The notes: generated by a model not told the origin, from the sequence alone. 64,000 bases of DNA from an uncultured Holophagales bacterium (GCA_963842525.1 CAWJGT010000003.1:1152001-1216000); one strand, 5' to 3'; positions 1-10,467 are shown, numbered from the stretch's first letter. Made by a program: numbers and translations.

Positions 1-388
1 GGGAGGGGTGCCAGGCGATTGTCTGTGGAGCCCACGTCTGCGGCGCCGCTCCCACCGGGGCGACGCCGGTGAGCCAGGCGAGCAGGGTGCCGAGCGCCAC
101 CGCCACCAAGCCACCCGGGAGCCCGCCGCGAAAGCGCCCCCGGCCGAAATAGGTGAGCAGGACGTCCGTCCGTCCCGTCGCCCGTCCCAGGCGGACCGCC
201 TGCCACGAGTAGAACAGGTTGCCCACCACCAGAGACACGACCGCGCCGGGGAGGACCCGGCCGTAGATCAGCTCGTTGGGGAAGCCGAGCACCGTCCGGC
301 ACAAAACGTCGATGAGCAGAAGCTGGACGAGGTTGTCGAGAGCCAGCCCGAAGAACCCGTCGATGTCGCCGCGGACCATCCAACGCAT
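1..388 (-). CDS. NCS2/AzgA-like purine permease, 5' part (runs off the window; apparent internal in-frame deletion)
   Basis: Hand translation from ATG 388: MRWMVRGDIDGFFGLALDNLVQLLLI...GLPGGLVAVALGTLLAWLTG. GAGGAGG RBS upstream. Not in the ORF track because it has no stop in the window. Confidence 0.75.
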   Translation of the reverse strand, partial: MRWMVRGDIDGFFGLALDNLVQLLLIDVLCRTVLGFPNELIYGRVLPGAVVSLVVGNLFYSWQAVRLGRATGRTDVLLTYFGRGRFRGGLPGGLVAVALGTLLAWLTGVAPVGAAPQTWAPQTIAWHPS

Positions 389-580
389 GGAAGCCTCCTC
401 CCGGATTGCTGGGAGGAGCGTATCGGAGAAGAGCCATCGGGAGTAGTCGTGACCCCCTCGCAGCTCTTCCGGGCCCCGCGTTTGTCCTGCGGGACCGTCC
501 CCGGCGGCAGTCCGGGGACGGTGGGACCCGTGGGTTTACGGGACGGGAGGGGTGGCCGTTGCGGGCAGCCGGCGCACGGA

Positions 581-2740
581 TCAGACCTGGAGTCCCTGCG
601 GCACCGACTGCTGCTGAGAGGCTCCGACAAGCTGTCCGGTACCGCGCCCCACGATGTAGTTGTCGATGATCAGGGCATCGAGATCTGGTGTCTCCCGAAA
701 GAAGTTGAGGATGTCGGCCGGGGTCTCGACGATGGGCATCCCTCTTCTGTTGAGCGAGGTGTTGAGGAGCGCCGAGATCCCAGTCAGCCGCTTGAAAGCC
801 TGGAGCAGCGCGCAATACCTTTCGTTCCACTCCGGAGTCACCGTTTGCAGGCGTACGGACCCGTCGCAATGGACGATGCTCGTCAAGCGCTCCCGCCACT
901 CCGGACGGACGTTGGCGACCAGAATCATATAAGGGCTTTCGCCGTCGAGGTCGAAATAGGTCTGCGCATCGGCCAGCAGGACCGAGGGAGCGAACGGCCG
1001 AAATTCCTCCCGGCGTTTGATTTTCGCGTTGATCTTGTCGCGGAACTCGGGATGCCGGGGGTCCGCCAGGATGCTGCGATGCCCCAGCGCCCGCGGGCCG
1101 AGCTCAGCTCCTCCTTGAAACCACGCCACAATCTTGCCGTCTGCAAGGAGTTGGGCGGTCGTCTCGACCACATTCTCGTCCTGCTCGAAGACGAGCGTTC
1201 TTTCGTTCGTCAGCCCCGCAGTCGTCAATCCCTTTTGGATCTCCTGGCGAACCCGGCTCCAGTCGACGCTGTTATAGAAGGTCAACAGTACGTCAGGGTT
1301 GGTGCACTCGATTAGACGACCTTCGAGGGCCTGGGCAGGGTGCAGGCTGCCGTAGAGAAGACCAGCCATGGCTTGCTGGTCTCCGGCAATGACGGCTCCG
1401 CCGTTGAGCGTTTGCCCTTGGAGCAGACGACACGAGGAGCCATCGACCGCACTCACAAAATCTCCAAGGCCCTCGACCTTCCAGGTCAAAGTACCTTCCC
1501 ACCCTCCCAGCCTTTGTCGATCCAGGCAATCGTGGATCAGATGGAACAGCAGCTCGATCCCACCCCGGACCGTCTGGGTACTTGTCGCGAGCGAGGCGCT
1601 GCGTGCCGACTCCAGAGAATCGCGGACCATTTTTTCCGGGTACCGGTAGCCGAGGAAGGGCGAGCCGGAATGCCGAACGAGCTCCCTCCTCAGCACCTCC
1701 AGCCAGCCGTAGTAGGCACAGCCGACGGAAATACCGTTGTCACCTGCCGCGGGGACCATGTACAGTTGTTTGAACCTGGATTTTTTCAAAATCAGGGCGT
1801 TGGCGACCGCGTTGAGCGCGACTCCACCGGCATAGGCGAGGCAGTCGCCCGGGCCCATTTCGTAGCGGCTTTCCACGAGATAAAGCAGGGCCCGTTCAAC
1901 CTCTCTCTGTACCCAGTGCGCAATATCGGCAAAGTATTGGAACCTCTGTTTGAAGTCCTCAGGGCTCATGGCAGGCTGCCGAAAGTTTTCCATCCAGTCG
2001 TAGCGGACGAAGACTCTCCCGGCTCGCAGCTCGAAGATCTCGCCGTCGAAGGCTCCTGGACGGCCGAAAGGCGCCAATCCCATGAGCTTGCCGAGGTCCA
2101 TGTTTTCACGGAAGCAATACAGGCTGACGGCGCCGTACACACCTCCGATGGAGTGCTTCGTCGTGATTGGCAGCATCGGATAGTCCTTGAGCGTCATGCC
2201 CCAAGGTGAGAAATCCTTGTAGACGACGCGCAGGCGGCCGTCGCGATACGTGTAATAGCTGTCTTTTTCGAAATAGAGATGGCAGACATCTTCGCCTACG
2301 TCCTCTACGGCTTTGAAGTCCGCCACGGAGAAATCGTCGCATTCATCCAAGCCGCTGCCACAGCCGTCAACCACCAGGATGTTGGGCTCGGCGAAAGGAC
2401 TGGTCCCCAAGGCGCTGTATGCGTGGGCAAGATGGTGAGAAATGGTCACGATGGGCAGATCCATGCCGTCTCTGAAGGGGCGTGGGCCGGAGAAAAATGA
2501 ATTCCCCCGTTCGAAGCGTCCGAAGTTGGCGTTCTGCACCACGAGCGTCAGGTCGTCGAGCGTGATCCCCGCTGCGTCGAGGCAGTACTGGATGGCGGCA
2601 GCATCATTGCCGCCGTCGTGCTTGACCCGGGTGACGCGCTCCTTCTCGATGGCCACCGCGATACGGCCATCCTTGAGAAGGCAGACCGAACCGTCGTGAG
2701 ATACTCCTGTTCCCAGAACATAGACCGGCTTCGTGGGCAT
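581..2740 (-). CDS. NodU/CmcH-family carbamoyltransferase with an internal SCP2-like insert
   Basis: Motifs SHDGS, EKERVTRVKH, SHHLAHA, GKLMGLA, GGVALN, GPRALGHRS, FRPFAP, LNTSLN. Start placed at MPTKPV after a GGAGA RBS. Confidence 0.9.
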   Translation of the reverse strand: MPTKPVYVLGTGVSHDGSVCLLKDGRIAVAIEKERVTRVKHDGGNDAAAIQYCLDAAGITLDDLTLVVQNANFGRFERGNSFFSGPRPFRDGMDLPIVTISHHLAHAYSALGTSPFAEPNILVVDGCGSGLDECDDFSVADFKAVEDVGEDVCHLYFEKDSYYTYRDGRLRVVYKDFSPWGMTLKDYPMLPITTKHSIGGVYGAVSLYCFRENMDLGKLMGLAPFGRPGAFDGEIFELRAGRVFVRYDWMENFRQPAMSPEDFKQRFQYFADIAHWVQREVERALLYLVESRYEMGPGDCLAYAGGVALNAVANALILKKSRFKQLYMVPAAGDNGISVGCAYYGWLEVLRRELVRHSGSPFLGYRYPEKMVRDSLESARSASLATSTQTVRGGIELLFHLIHDCLDRQRLGGWEGTLTWKVEGLGDFVSAVDGSSCRLLQGQTLNGGAVIAGDQQAMAGLLYGSLHPAQALEGRLIECTNPDVLLTFYNSVDWSRVRQEIQKGLTTAGLTNERTLVFEQDENVVETTAQLLADGKIVAWFQGGAELGPRALGHRSILADPRHPEFRDKINAKIKRREEFRPFAPSVLLADAQTYFDLDGESPYMILVANVRPEWRERLTSIVHCDGSVRLQTVTPEWNERYCALLQAFKRLTGISALLNTSLNRRGMPIVETPADILNFFRETPDLDALIIDNYIVGRGTGQLVGASQQQSVPQGLQV

Positions 2741-2903
2741 TACGATCTCCCGTTGTCGCGAAACATGGACAAAAGCTGGCGAGCCGTCTCGCCAGAAGGT
2801 TTGCGGCAATGCGGAGTTTAGTATAAGACTGTGGGTGAGGACAGCCAGGGGGGGAGGGCAGGCGGTTGCGGGCGCTGTCGCCGCCGACTGCCCGCTGCCG
2901 CTC

Positions 2904-2932
2904 TTGACACCGCTTCGTCACCTCACTACGCT
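2904..2932 (+). promoter_or_regulatory. sigma70-type promoter of the lacI-TBDR operon
   Basis: TTGACA (2904-2909), 17-bp spacer, TACGCT (2927-2932). Confidence 0.75.
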
Positions 2933-2950
2933 CATGTAACCGGTTACATG
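2933..2950. promoter_or_regulatory. LacI-family operator
   Basis: Perfect 18-bp palindrome CATGTAACCGGTTACATG directly after the -10 box and upstream of a LacI gene. Confidence 0.85.
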
Positions 2951-2955
2951 GCGCC

Positions 2956-4036
2956 ATGACGAGCCAAAACAGACCGACAGACCCGACGACCGCGAACGCC
3001 ACCATCAAACAGGTGGCGCGGTTGGCTGGTGTCTCGGTGGCCACGGTGTCCCGCGTTCTCAACGACAAGGGGCCGGTCCGCGAGGAGACCCGGCTCCGCA
3101 TCCGGGAGGTGATGGAGAGCCTCCGCTACGTCCCGCACAGCGCGGCCCGCAGCCTCACGACCAACCAGACCGACACGCTGGGCATCCTCCTGCCGGACAT
3201 CTACGGCGAGTTCTTCTCCGAGCTGATCCGCGGCATCGACGCCGCGGCACGGCGGCGGGGGTATCACATCCTGGTCTCCGGGTCGCACAACGACCGCGAG
3301 GAGATCGCGGCCGTGCTGCGGGCTCTGCGCGGGCGCGTCGACGGGCTGATCCTCATGACCCCATCGCCAGGCACCCTGGAGGCCCTGCGCGCCAACCTGC
3401 CCGAGTCGTTGCCCACCGTGCTGCTCGACTGCCCGCCGCTCGACCTGCCGTTCGACTCCATCAACGTGGACAACCGCGGCGGCGCCTATGCCATGGCGCG
3501 GCATCTGATCGGCCTGGGGCACCGGCGCATCGCGTTCATCCAGGGGCCTCCCGGTAACCACGACGCCGGCGAGCGCCTGCGCGGCTACCGCGAGGCGGTC
3601 CGCGACCTCGGAGCGGAGGTGGCGCCGGAAGCTCGAGATCCCTGGCGATTTCGGCGAGGAGGCCGGCTCCCGGGCGGGGCAGCGGGCTCTCGCGCTCGAT
3701 CCCCGGCCGTCCGCCATCTTTGCGGCCAACGACGCCATGGCCATCGGCTGCCTCTATGCGCTGGGCCAGGCCGGCATCCAGGTCCCCGAGGAGGTGGCCC
3801 TCGCCGGCTTCGACGACATCCCGATCGCCCGCTTCATGAGCCCTCCGCTGACCTCGGTGGGCGTGTCGATCGCCGGGCTCGGTGCGCTCGCCCTGGAGCG
3901 CCTGCTCGAGACGATGCGGCTCCGCGGCGCCGGCGGGCCCCGCCACGAGACGCTGCCTCCCACCCTGGTGGTGCGGGGCTCGTGTGGCGCACATCTAGTG
4001 AAAACTGCTCTTCTGGAAGGAGGTTCGGAACCATGA
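2956..4036 (+). CDS. LacI-family transcriptional regulator (frameshift near 3630)
   Basis: HTH TIKQVARLAGVSVATVSRVLN. The C-terminal half (AIFAANDAMAIG...GFDDIP..PPLTSV) continues in the frame of ORF 3737..4036. Confidence 0.9.
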
Positions 4037-6858
4037 ACAGTCATTTCGGCAAGCGTACGCTCGCCAGGTCCTTGGGGTTGATCCTTGTAGGTGCGCTCCT
4101 GGGGGCCGGCACGGCCGCGGCGCAGAGCACCACCGCGGCCATCCGCGGCAAGGTGACGAACGAGCAGGACGCCGCGCTCGCCAACGCCGAGGTCAACGCG
4201 GTCGGCACGGAGTCGGGATTCGTCAAGACCGTCAACGCCGGCCCTGACGGATCTTTCCAACTCGGGGGGCTCACTCCGGGTGCATACGCTATTGTGGTGT
4301 CGGCGGAAGGGTTCGAGCCGCGCACGGAGACGGTGACCGTCCTCGTCGGCCAGAACCTGAACATCACATTTGTGATGACGCCGACGGCCGTCCTCACCGA
4401 ATCGATCACCGTGGTCGGCGACCAGCTCGTCGAGACCAGGACGTCGGAGGCGGCGACCAACGTCACGACGCAGCAGATCGAGAACCTGCCGCAGGACAAC
4501 CGCAACTTCCTCAACTTCGCGGCGCTCGCGCCGGGCATCCGGCTCTCGAAAGACCCACTGCGTAAGACGATCTCCAGCGATGCCCAGCCGTCCGAGCAGA
4601 CCAACGTCTTCATCGATGGCGTGAGCTTCAAGAACGACGTGCTGCAGGGCGGTGTGGTGGGCCAGGACGCGAGCCGCGGCAACCCGTTCCCGCAGAACGC
4701 CGTACAGGAGTTCCGGGTCATCACCCAGAACTACAGCGCGCAATATGAGAAGGCATCGAGCGCGATCATTACCGCTGTCACCAAGTCGGGCGGCAACAAC
4801 TTGAAGGGGCAGGCCTTCTGGTTCTATCAGCCGAAAGAGTGGGTCGAGGATTTGGATAAGAATTTCCAGTTTTCGTCGCTGACCACCAACGAGGACTACG
4901 AGCGCAACCAGCCCGGAGTGTCGCTCGGCGGACCGCTCATCAAAGACAAGCTCCATTATTTCCTCTCCTACGAGCGCACCGAGGAAGATGCCACCAATCC
5001 GGTGACTCTTGGCAACGCGAATTTCGCAGGCCAGTTCGGCCAGTACGTCGGCGTCTTTCCCAGCCCGTTCGAGTCGAACCTGGGCTTCGGCAAGCTGAGC
5101 TGGCAGCCGGCGCAGAATCAGCTCGTCGACTGGAGCGGCAGCTACCGCAGCGAGGAGGAAGCGCGCGACTTCGGCGGCCAGACGTCGTTCGAGTCGGCGA
5201 CGGACATCAAGAACTGGGTGTACAGCTCGACGCTGCGCCACCAGTGGAACAACGACAACGTCTTGAACCAGGCGACGCTCAGTTGGCAGGAGTACGCCTG
5301 GAACCCGACGGCGCGCAATCCCGATCTCGTGGGCCGCAACTACGAAGGCGTCATCCGCATCGGCGGCAACAGCACGATCCAGGAGTTCAAGCAGCAGCGG
5401 ATCGAGCTGCGCGACGACTACAACTTCCCCTTGTACGACCGGCTCGGCGATCACAACTTCCAGGTCGGCGCCAACGTCGACTTCCTCCGTTATGAAATCA
5501 ACAAGAGCCTGAACGGGAACCCGGTCTACAATTTCCGCAACGACCCGGCGAACGGCCTGACGTTCGACCAGCCGTTCGAGGCGCTGTTCGGCTTCGGCAA
5601 CTCGTTCCTCTCGGCCGACAACCGCCAGTACGGCATCTACGGCCAGGACACCTGGTCGGTCAACCCGCGCCTGACGGTGAACCTCGGCCTGCGCTGGGAC
5701 TACGAGTCGAACCAGCTCGACGACGACTATGTCACCCCGGCCAACATCGCGGCCGGGCTGGCCGGCAGGGTAGACGCGAGCTACATCTCGACCGGCAGCG
5801 AGCGCTCGCAGTACAAGAACGCATGGCAGCCGCGCCTCGGCTTCTCGTACGACCTGCGCGGTGACAGCCGGTCGGTCGTCTTCGGCGGCGTTGGCCGCTA
5901 CTACGACCGCCTCTTCCTGAACGCCGGGCTCGACGAGCGCTATCGCCTGCAGTTCCCGGTCTACCGCATCGCGTTCTCGCCCGATGGACGGCCGGGGACG
6001 ATCCGCTTTGATCCCCGCTTTCTGACGGTCGCGGGCCTGCATGAGCTCATCGCGTCGGGAGCGACCAACCCCGAGATCTTCCTCCTCAACAACGACACCA
6101 AGCCGCCCTATTCGAACCAATGGAACATCGGGTTCCGCCAGGCGCTCGGCACCTGGATCGGCTCGCTGAGCTACAACCAGGTCCGCGGCTACCGCGGCTT
6201 TACCTGGCTGTCGGCGACCGGGATCTGCTGCTCGGCGCTGGTGCCGGGCTTCGGCAACGTGATCGTTTCCGACCCGGAAGGGAAGCAGTACTGGTACGAC
6301 GGCATCTTCCTGACATTCGACCGTCCCTTCACGGGCCGCTGGGGAGCGCACGTCGCCTGGACGCACAGCAAGGCCGAGCAGAACGGCAACGACCTCTTCA
6401 GCCTCGACTATCCGAGCGCCGACACGTACCCGCGCCACGAGGTGCCCGGCTCCGAGCGCGACCGCATCGTCGCCAACGCCATCTTCGCGTTGCCCTGGGA
6501 ACTGCGCTTCGGCACCAACCTCTCGTTCGGCAGCGGCGCGGCGACCGACGTCCTCGATTTTTCGCAGGGTTTCGATCTCCCGGCGCGCCTGCGGACGCGT
6601 CCGTTCGAGCGCTCGATCCGCCCACCGAAGAAGTGGGGCTTCGCGGACCGCTCGATCGACTTCCGCCTGGAAAAGGCTTTTGTGTTCGGCGACACCTCGG
6701 TCGCTCTCATCGGCGAGATCTTCAACGCCTTCAACTGGACCAGCTTCGGTTGCCTGAACAACTTCATCCCGCCGGAGGGGAATCCGACCTTCGGCGAGCC
6801 GACCTGCGTCACCAACCTCGGCCGCCGCGAGCAGATCGGGCTGAGGGTGAATTTCTGA
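4033..6858 (+). CDS. TonB-dependent receptor (carboxypeptidase-regulatory-like N-domain)
   Basis: Signal peptide MNSHFGKR..AAA, plug motifs (AVQEFRVIT, AVTKSG), terminal F (GLRVNF). ATG overlaps the lacI stop. Confidence 0.93.
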   Translation: MNSHFGKRTLARSLGLILVGALLGAGTAAAQSTTAAIRGKVTNEQDAALANAEVNAVGTESGFVKTVNAGPDGSFQLGGLTPGAYAIVVSAEGFEPRTETVTVLVGQNLNITFVMTPTAVLTESITVVGDQLVETRTSEAATNVTTQQIENLPQDNRNFLNFAALAPGIRLSKDPLRKTISSDAQPSEQTNVFIDGVSFKNDVLQGGVVGQDASRGNPFPQNAVQEFRVITQNYSAQYEKASSAIITAVTKSGGNNLKGQAFWFYQPKEWVEDLDKNFQFSSLTTNEDYERNQPGVSLGGPLIKDKLHYFLSYERTEEDATNPVTLGNANFAGQFGQYVGVFPSPFESNLGFGKLSWQPAQNQLVDWSGSYRSEEEARDFGGQTSFESATDIKNWVYSSTLRHQWNNDNVLNQATLSWQEYAWNPTARNPDLVGRNYEGVIRIGGNSTIQEFKQQRIELRDDYNFPLYDRLGDHNFQVGANVDFLRYEINKSLNGNPVYNFRNDPANGLTFDQPFEALFGFGNSFLSADNRQYGIYGQDTWSVNPRLTVNLGLRWDYESNQLDDDYVTPANIAAGLAGRVDASYISTGSERSQYKNAWQPRLGFSYDLRGDSRSVVFGGVGRYYDRLFLNAGLDERYRLQFPVYRIAFSPDGRPGTIRFDPRFLTVAGLHELIASGATNPEIFLLNNDTKPPYSNQWNIGFRQALGTWIGSLSYNQVRGYRGFTWLSATGICCSALVPGFGNVIVSDPEGKQYWYDGIFLTFDRPFTGRWGAHVAWTHSKAEQNGNDLFSLDYPSADTYPRHEVPGSERDRIVANAIFALPWELRFGTNLSFGSGAATDVLDFSQGFDLPARLRTRPFERSIRPPKKWGFADRSIDFRLEKAFVFGDTSVALIGEIFNAFNWTSFGCLNNFIPPEGNPTFGEPTCVTNLGRREQIGLRVNF

Positions 6859-8279
6859 TCCGGAAGGCGCGGCTTGCCGCGCTCCTCACGTTGGGCTTCC
6901 TGGGCGGCGCCGCCTGCGCGCCGCCCGCTCCGACCGCCGCACCGCCGGCCCCGGCACCAGGCCTCAGCGGAGAAGCGCTCCTCGACGACCTCCAGGAGCG
7001 GACGTTCCGCTGGTTCTGGGACCTGACCAACTCTGAGAACGGTCTGGTTCCGGACCGCTGGCCTACCCGCTCTTTTTCGAGCGTCGCCGCGGTCGGCTTC
7101 GGCCTGACCGCCTATCCGGTCGGCGCCGAGAGAGGGTGGATTACGCGCGAGCAGGCCCGCGACCGGGTGCTCACCACGTTGCGCTTCCTGGCCAACGCGC
7201 CGCAGGGCCCCGAGCCCGCGGGCAAGACGGCCTATAAAGGTTTCTTCTACCACTTCCTGGACATGAAGACCGGGGCCCGCTTCGAGCGGGTCGAGCTGTC
7301 CACCATCGACACCACCCTGCTCCTGGCGGGCGCCCTCTTCTGCCAGTCCTATTTCGATCGCAACGATCCCGGCGAGGCGGAAATCCGCTCGCTCGCCGAG
7401 GACCTCTACCGGCGCGCGGACTGGACCTGGATCCAGCCGCGGGCTCCGCTGGTCTCCATGGGCTGGACTCCCGAGCAGGGGTTCCATACCTATGATTGGC
7501 GCGGCTACAACGAGGCCATGATCCTCTACGTCCTCGCCCTGGGATCGCCGACCCATCCGATCGAACCGGCGGCCTGGGAGGAGTGGACCCGCACCTATCG
7601 GTGGGGGACCTTCCATGGCCAGGAGCACGTGAATTTCGCGCCTCTCTTCGGACATCAGTATTCACACGTATGGATCGATTTTCGCGGCATCCGCGACGCC
7701 TACATGCGAGGCCGGGGCATCGACTATTTCGAGAATGCGCGCCGCGCCACCCTGTCGCAGAGCGCCTATGCCATCGCCAACCCGGGCGGCTTTCGCGGCT
7801 ATGGCGAGAACGTCTGGGGGCTCACCGCCTGCGACGGTCCGCTGGACGCCGACCTCACGATCGATGGAAAGAAAATCCATTTCATGACTTATGCGGCGCG
7901 CGGCGCGGCCCTGGGCGAGATCCGCGACGACGGCACGATCGCGCCCACCGCCGCCGCCTCTTCTATCGCGTTCGCGCCCGAGGTCGTCGTGCCGGCGATC
8001 GAAGAGATGCGCCGCCGCTGGGGCGAGCATCTCTTCACCAAGTATGGCTTCCTCGACTCGTTCAATCCGACGCTCGACGTCGCGAGGCCCACGCAGCACG
8101 GCCGGGTGGTGCCCGGAGTGGGCTGGTTCAACGGCGACTATCTCGGCATCGACCAGGGGCCGATCGTGGCGATGATCGAAAACCACCGCAGCGGCCTGAT
8201 CTGGAAGGTGATGCGCGGGAATCCCCATATTGTGCGTGGCCTGCGCCGCGCCGGCTTCACGGGTGGATGGCTGGAGTGA
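6855..8279 (+). CDS. Glucoamylase-like (GH144-type, putative endo-beta-1,2-glucanase) lipoprotein
   Basis: Lipobox GAAC; motifs NGLVPDR, GFFYHF, ELSTIDT, GYNEAMI, PLFGHQYSH, LGIDQGP. Start codon uncertain (CTG overlapping the upstream stop). Confidence 0.82.
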   Translation: MIRKARLAALLTLGFLGGAACAPPAPTAAPPAPAPGLSGEALLDDLQERTFRWFWDLTNSENGLVPDRWPTRSFSSVAAVGFGLTAYPVGAERGWITREQARDRVLTTLRFLANAPQGPEPAGKTAYKGFFYHFLDMKTGARFERVELSTIDTTLLLAGALFCQSYFDRNDPGEAEIRSLAEDLYRRADWTWIQPRAPLVSMGWTPEQGFHTYDWRGYNEAMILYVLALGSPTHPIEPAAWEEWTRTYRWGTFHGQEHVNFAPLFGHQYSHVWIDFRGIRDAYMRGRGIDYFENARRATLSQSAYAIANPGGFRGYGENVWGLTACDGPLDADLTIDGKKIHFMTYAARGAALGEIRDDGTIAPTAAASSIAFAPEVVVPAIEEMRRRWGEHLFTKYGFLDSFNPTLDVARPTQHGRVVPGVGWFNGDYLGIDQGPIVAMIENHRSGLIWKVMRGNPHIVRGLRRAGFTGGWLE

Positions 8280-9562
8280 GGGCTGCGCTGGCCTGCGGGC
8301 TCCTGGCGGTGCTCGCCACGGCCTGCAATAGCGGCCAGGCGGATGAGCGCACCACGGTCCGCTTCTGGGCCTTCGGCCGCGAAGGAGAGGTGGTGCGCGA
8401 GTTGGTGCCGGAGTTCGAGCGGAGGCATCCCGAGATCCGGGTAGAGGTGCAACAGGTCCCCTGGTCGGCCGCTCATGAAAAGCTGCTCACCGCCTACGTG
8501 GGTAATGCCACGCCCGATGCCGCCCAGCTCGGCAACACCTGGATCCCCGAGCTTGTCTCGCTGCGCGCCCTGGCGCCTCTCGGCGCGCGGGTCGCGCACT
8601 CCGCAACAGTGCGCGGCGATTTCTTTCCGGGCATCTGGGACACCAATGTGATCGATAACGAGACCTGGGGGGTCCCCTGGTATGTCGACACGCGCCTGCT
8701 TTTCTATCGGACCGACTTGGTGGCGGACGCTGGCGCGCCGTGGCCGCCGCGGAGTTGGGCCGAGTGGCGCGAAGCCATGGTGCGCATCAAACAGCGCGGC
8801 GGGCCCGATCGTTTTGCCATTCTGCTGCCCATCGACGAATGGCAGCAGCCGGTGATCTTCGGCCTGCAGGCGGGCGCCGGTCTCCTGGACAAGGAAGGCC
8901 GGCACGGCGCCTTCCGCGATCCGCGTTTCCGCGAGGCCATGGCCTTCTACATCGACCTCTACAAGAGCGGCCTCGCCCCGGCCCTCGACCTGCAAGGCGT
9001 TGCCAACATGTACCAGCAGCTCGCCGAGGGATATTTCGCGATGGTGATCACCGGCCCGTGGAACCTCGGCGAATTCAGGAACCGCCTGCCGGCAGACATG
9101 CAGGACCGCTGGGCCACGGCGCCGCTGCCACCGCCCGAGGAGGGGATGCCCTATCCAAGCGCCTCGCTCGCGGGCGGCTCGAGCCTCGTCCTCTTCCGGC
9201 GCGCCAAGTCGCCGGACGCGGCGTGGCGATGGCTGGAATACCTTTCTGAGCCGGTGCAGCAGGCGCGTTTCTACGAGCTGTCGGGAGACCTGCCGGCCCG
9301 GCCCTCAGCGTGGAAGCTGGCTGGGCTCGCCACGGACCCCAGGGCCGCGTCGTTCCTGGCCCAGCTCGAACGAGCGGTCTCGACCCCGAAGGTGCCGGAG
9401 TGGGAACGAATCGCCACCCGGGTGGCCGAAGCCGCCGAGCAGGTGATGCGCGGCAACCGGGACCTCGACGAGGCGCTCGCCGCCCTTGACGCCGATGTCG
9501 ACCGGATGCTCGAAAAGCGGCGCTGGCTGCTCGATCGCGCCGCGGAGGAGAAGAGGCCGTGA
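8276..9562 (+). CDS. Sugar ABC transporter substrate-binding lipoprotein
   Basis: Lipobox ATAC; GVPWYVDTRLLFYR; GTGA overlap with the upstream stop. Confidence 0.9.
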   Translation: MRAALACGLLAVLATACNSGQADERTTVRFWAFGREGEVVRELVPEFERRHPEIRVEVQQVPWSAAHEKLLTAYVGNATPDAAQLGNTWIPELVSLRALAPLGARVAHSATVRGDFFPGIWDTNVIDNETWGVPWYVDTRLLFYRTDLVADAGAPWPPRSWAEWREAMVRIKQRGGPDRFAILLPIDEWQQPVIFGLQAGAGLLDKEGRHGAFRDPRFREAMAFYIDLYKSGLAPALDLQGVANMYQQLAEGYFAMVITGPWNLGEFRNRLPADMQDRWATAPLPPPEEGMPYPSASLAGGSSLVLFRRAKSPDAAWRWLEYLSEPVQQARFYELSGDLPARPSAWKLAGLATDPRAASFLAQLERAVSTPKVPEWERIATRVAEAAEQVMRGNRDLDEALAALDADVDRMLEKRRWLLDRAAEEKRP

Positions 9563-10467
9563 CTCCGGAGGCAATGGAGGAGCGGCGCGGCTCGCGGGCG
9601 GAGCGGCGGGCGGCCTGGATGCTGCTCTCTCCCGCCCTGGGCGCCATCGCCCTGTTTTTCGCCCTGCCGCTCGTCGCGGCGCTCTTCCTGTCGCTCACCG
9701 ACTTCGACATCTATGCCGTGGCCGACCCGAAAAACGCCCGCTTCGTCGGCCTGGAGAACTACCTCCGGCTGCTCCAGGACCCGCTGTTCTGGCGGGTGCT
9801 CCGCAACACTGTCGTCTTCGTCGTGATCGGCGTACCGTTGACGCTGGCGCTGGCCCTCGGCGGCGCGCTGCTGGTGAGCTCGAAGCTGGCGCGGTTCCGC
9901 GGCATTTTCCGCACGATCTATTTCGCGCCGATGGTCACCACCCTCGTAGCCGTGGCCATCGTCTTTCGCTACCTGTACCACCCGCGCTATGGCCTCATCA
10001 ACCAGATGCTGGGCCTCATCGGCCTACCGCCCATCGACTGGCTCGGCAATCCGGCCTGGGCGACGGTGGCGATCACCCTGCTCGCGGTCTGGCGCAGCTT
10101 CGGCTATGCCCTGGTCATCTACGTGGCCGGGCTCCAGACCATCCCCGAGTCGCTCTACGAGGCCGCGCAGCTCGACGGCGCGGGCCCGTGGCGGCAGCTC
10201 CGGGACATCACCCTGCCGCTGCTGATGCCGACCACCCTCTTCGTGGGAGTAATCACGACCGTGAGCCTGTTCCAGATCTTCGCCGAGCCGTACGTGATGA
10301 CCCGCGGTGGCCCGCTCTACGCGACGACATCGATCACACTCCTGATGTATCAGCAAGGATTCCGCTGGTGGAACCTCGGCCACGCGGCGGCCATTGCCTT
10401 CGTGTTGTTCGCGATGATCATCGGCGCCACCGGCCTCCAGGCGGCGTTCCGGAGGTGGAGAGAATGA
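9559..10467 (+). CDS. Sugar ABC transporter permease (MalF-like)
   Basis: EAA loop LYEAAQLDGA; multiple TM segments. Confidence 0.93.
   Translation: MTPEAMEERRGSRAERRAAWMLLSPALGAIALFFALPLVAALFLSLTDFDIYAVADPKNARFVGLENYLRLLQDPLFWRVLRNTVVFVVIGVPLTLALALGGALLVSSKLARFRGIFRTIYFAPMVTTLVAVAIVFRYLYHPRYGLINQMLGLIGLPPIDWLGNPAWATVAITLLAVWRSFGYALVIYVAGLQTIPESLYEAAQLDGAGPWRQLRDITLPLLMPTTLFVGVITTVSLFQIFAEPYVMTRGGPLYATTSITLLMYQQGFRWWNLGHAAAIAFVLFAMIIGATGLQAAFRRWRE

Noticed and set aside
3754-6438. Long antisense and alternative-frame ORFs (also 40571..43240, 35431..38157, 13276..14811, 56255..58228)
   Set aside because: Shadow ORFs expected at this GC content, overlapping well-supported genes.
2956-6858. 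1300-aa LacI-TonB receptor fusion
   Set aside because: Produced by a frameshift near 3630. The LacI C-terminus is in another frame and the receptor has its own ATG and signal peptide at 4033.
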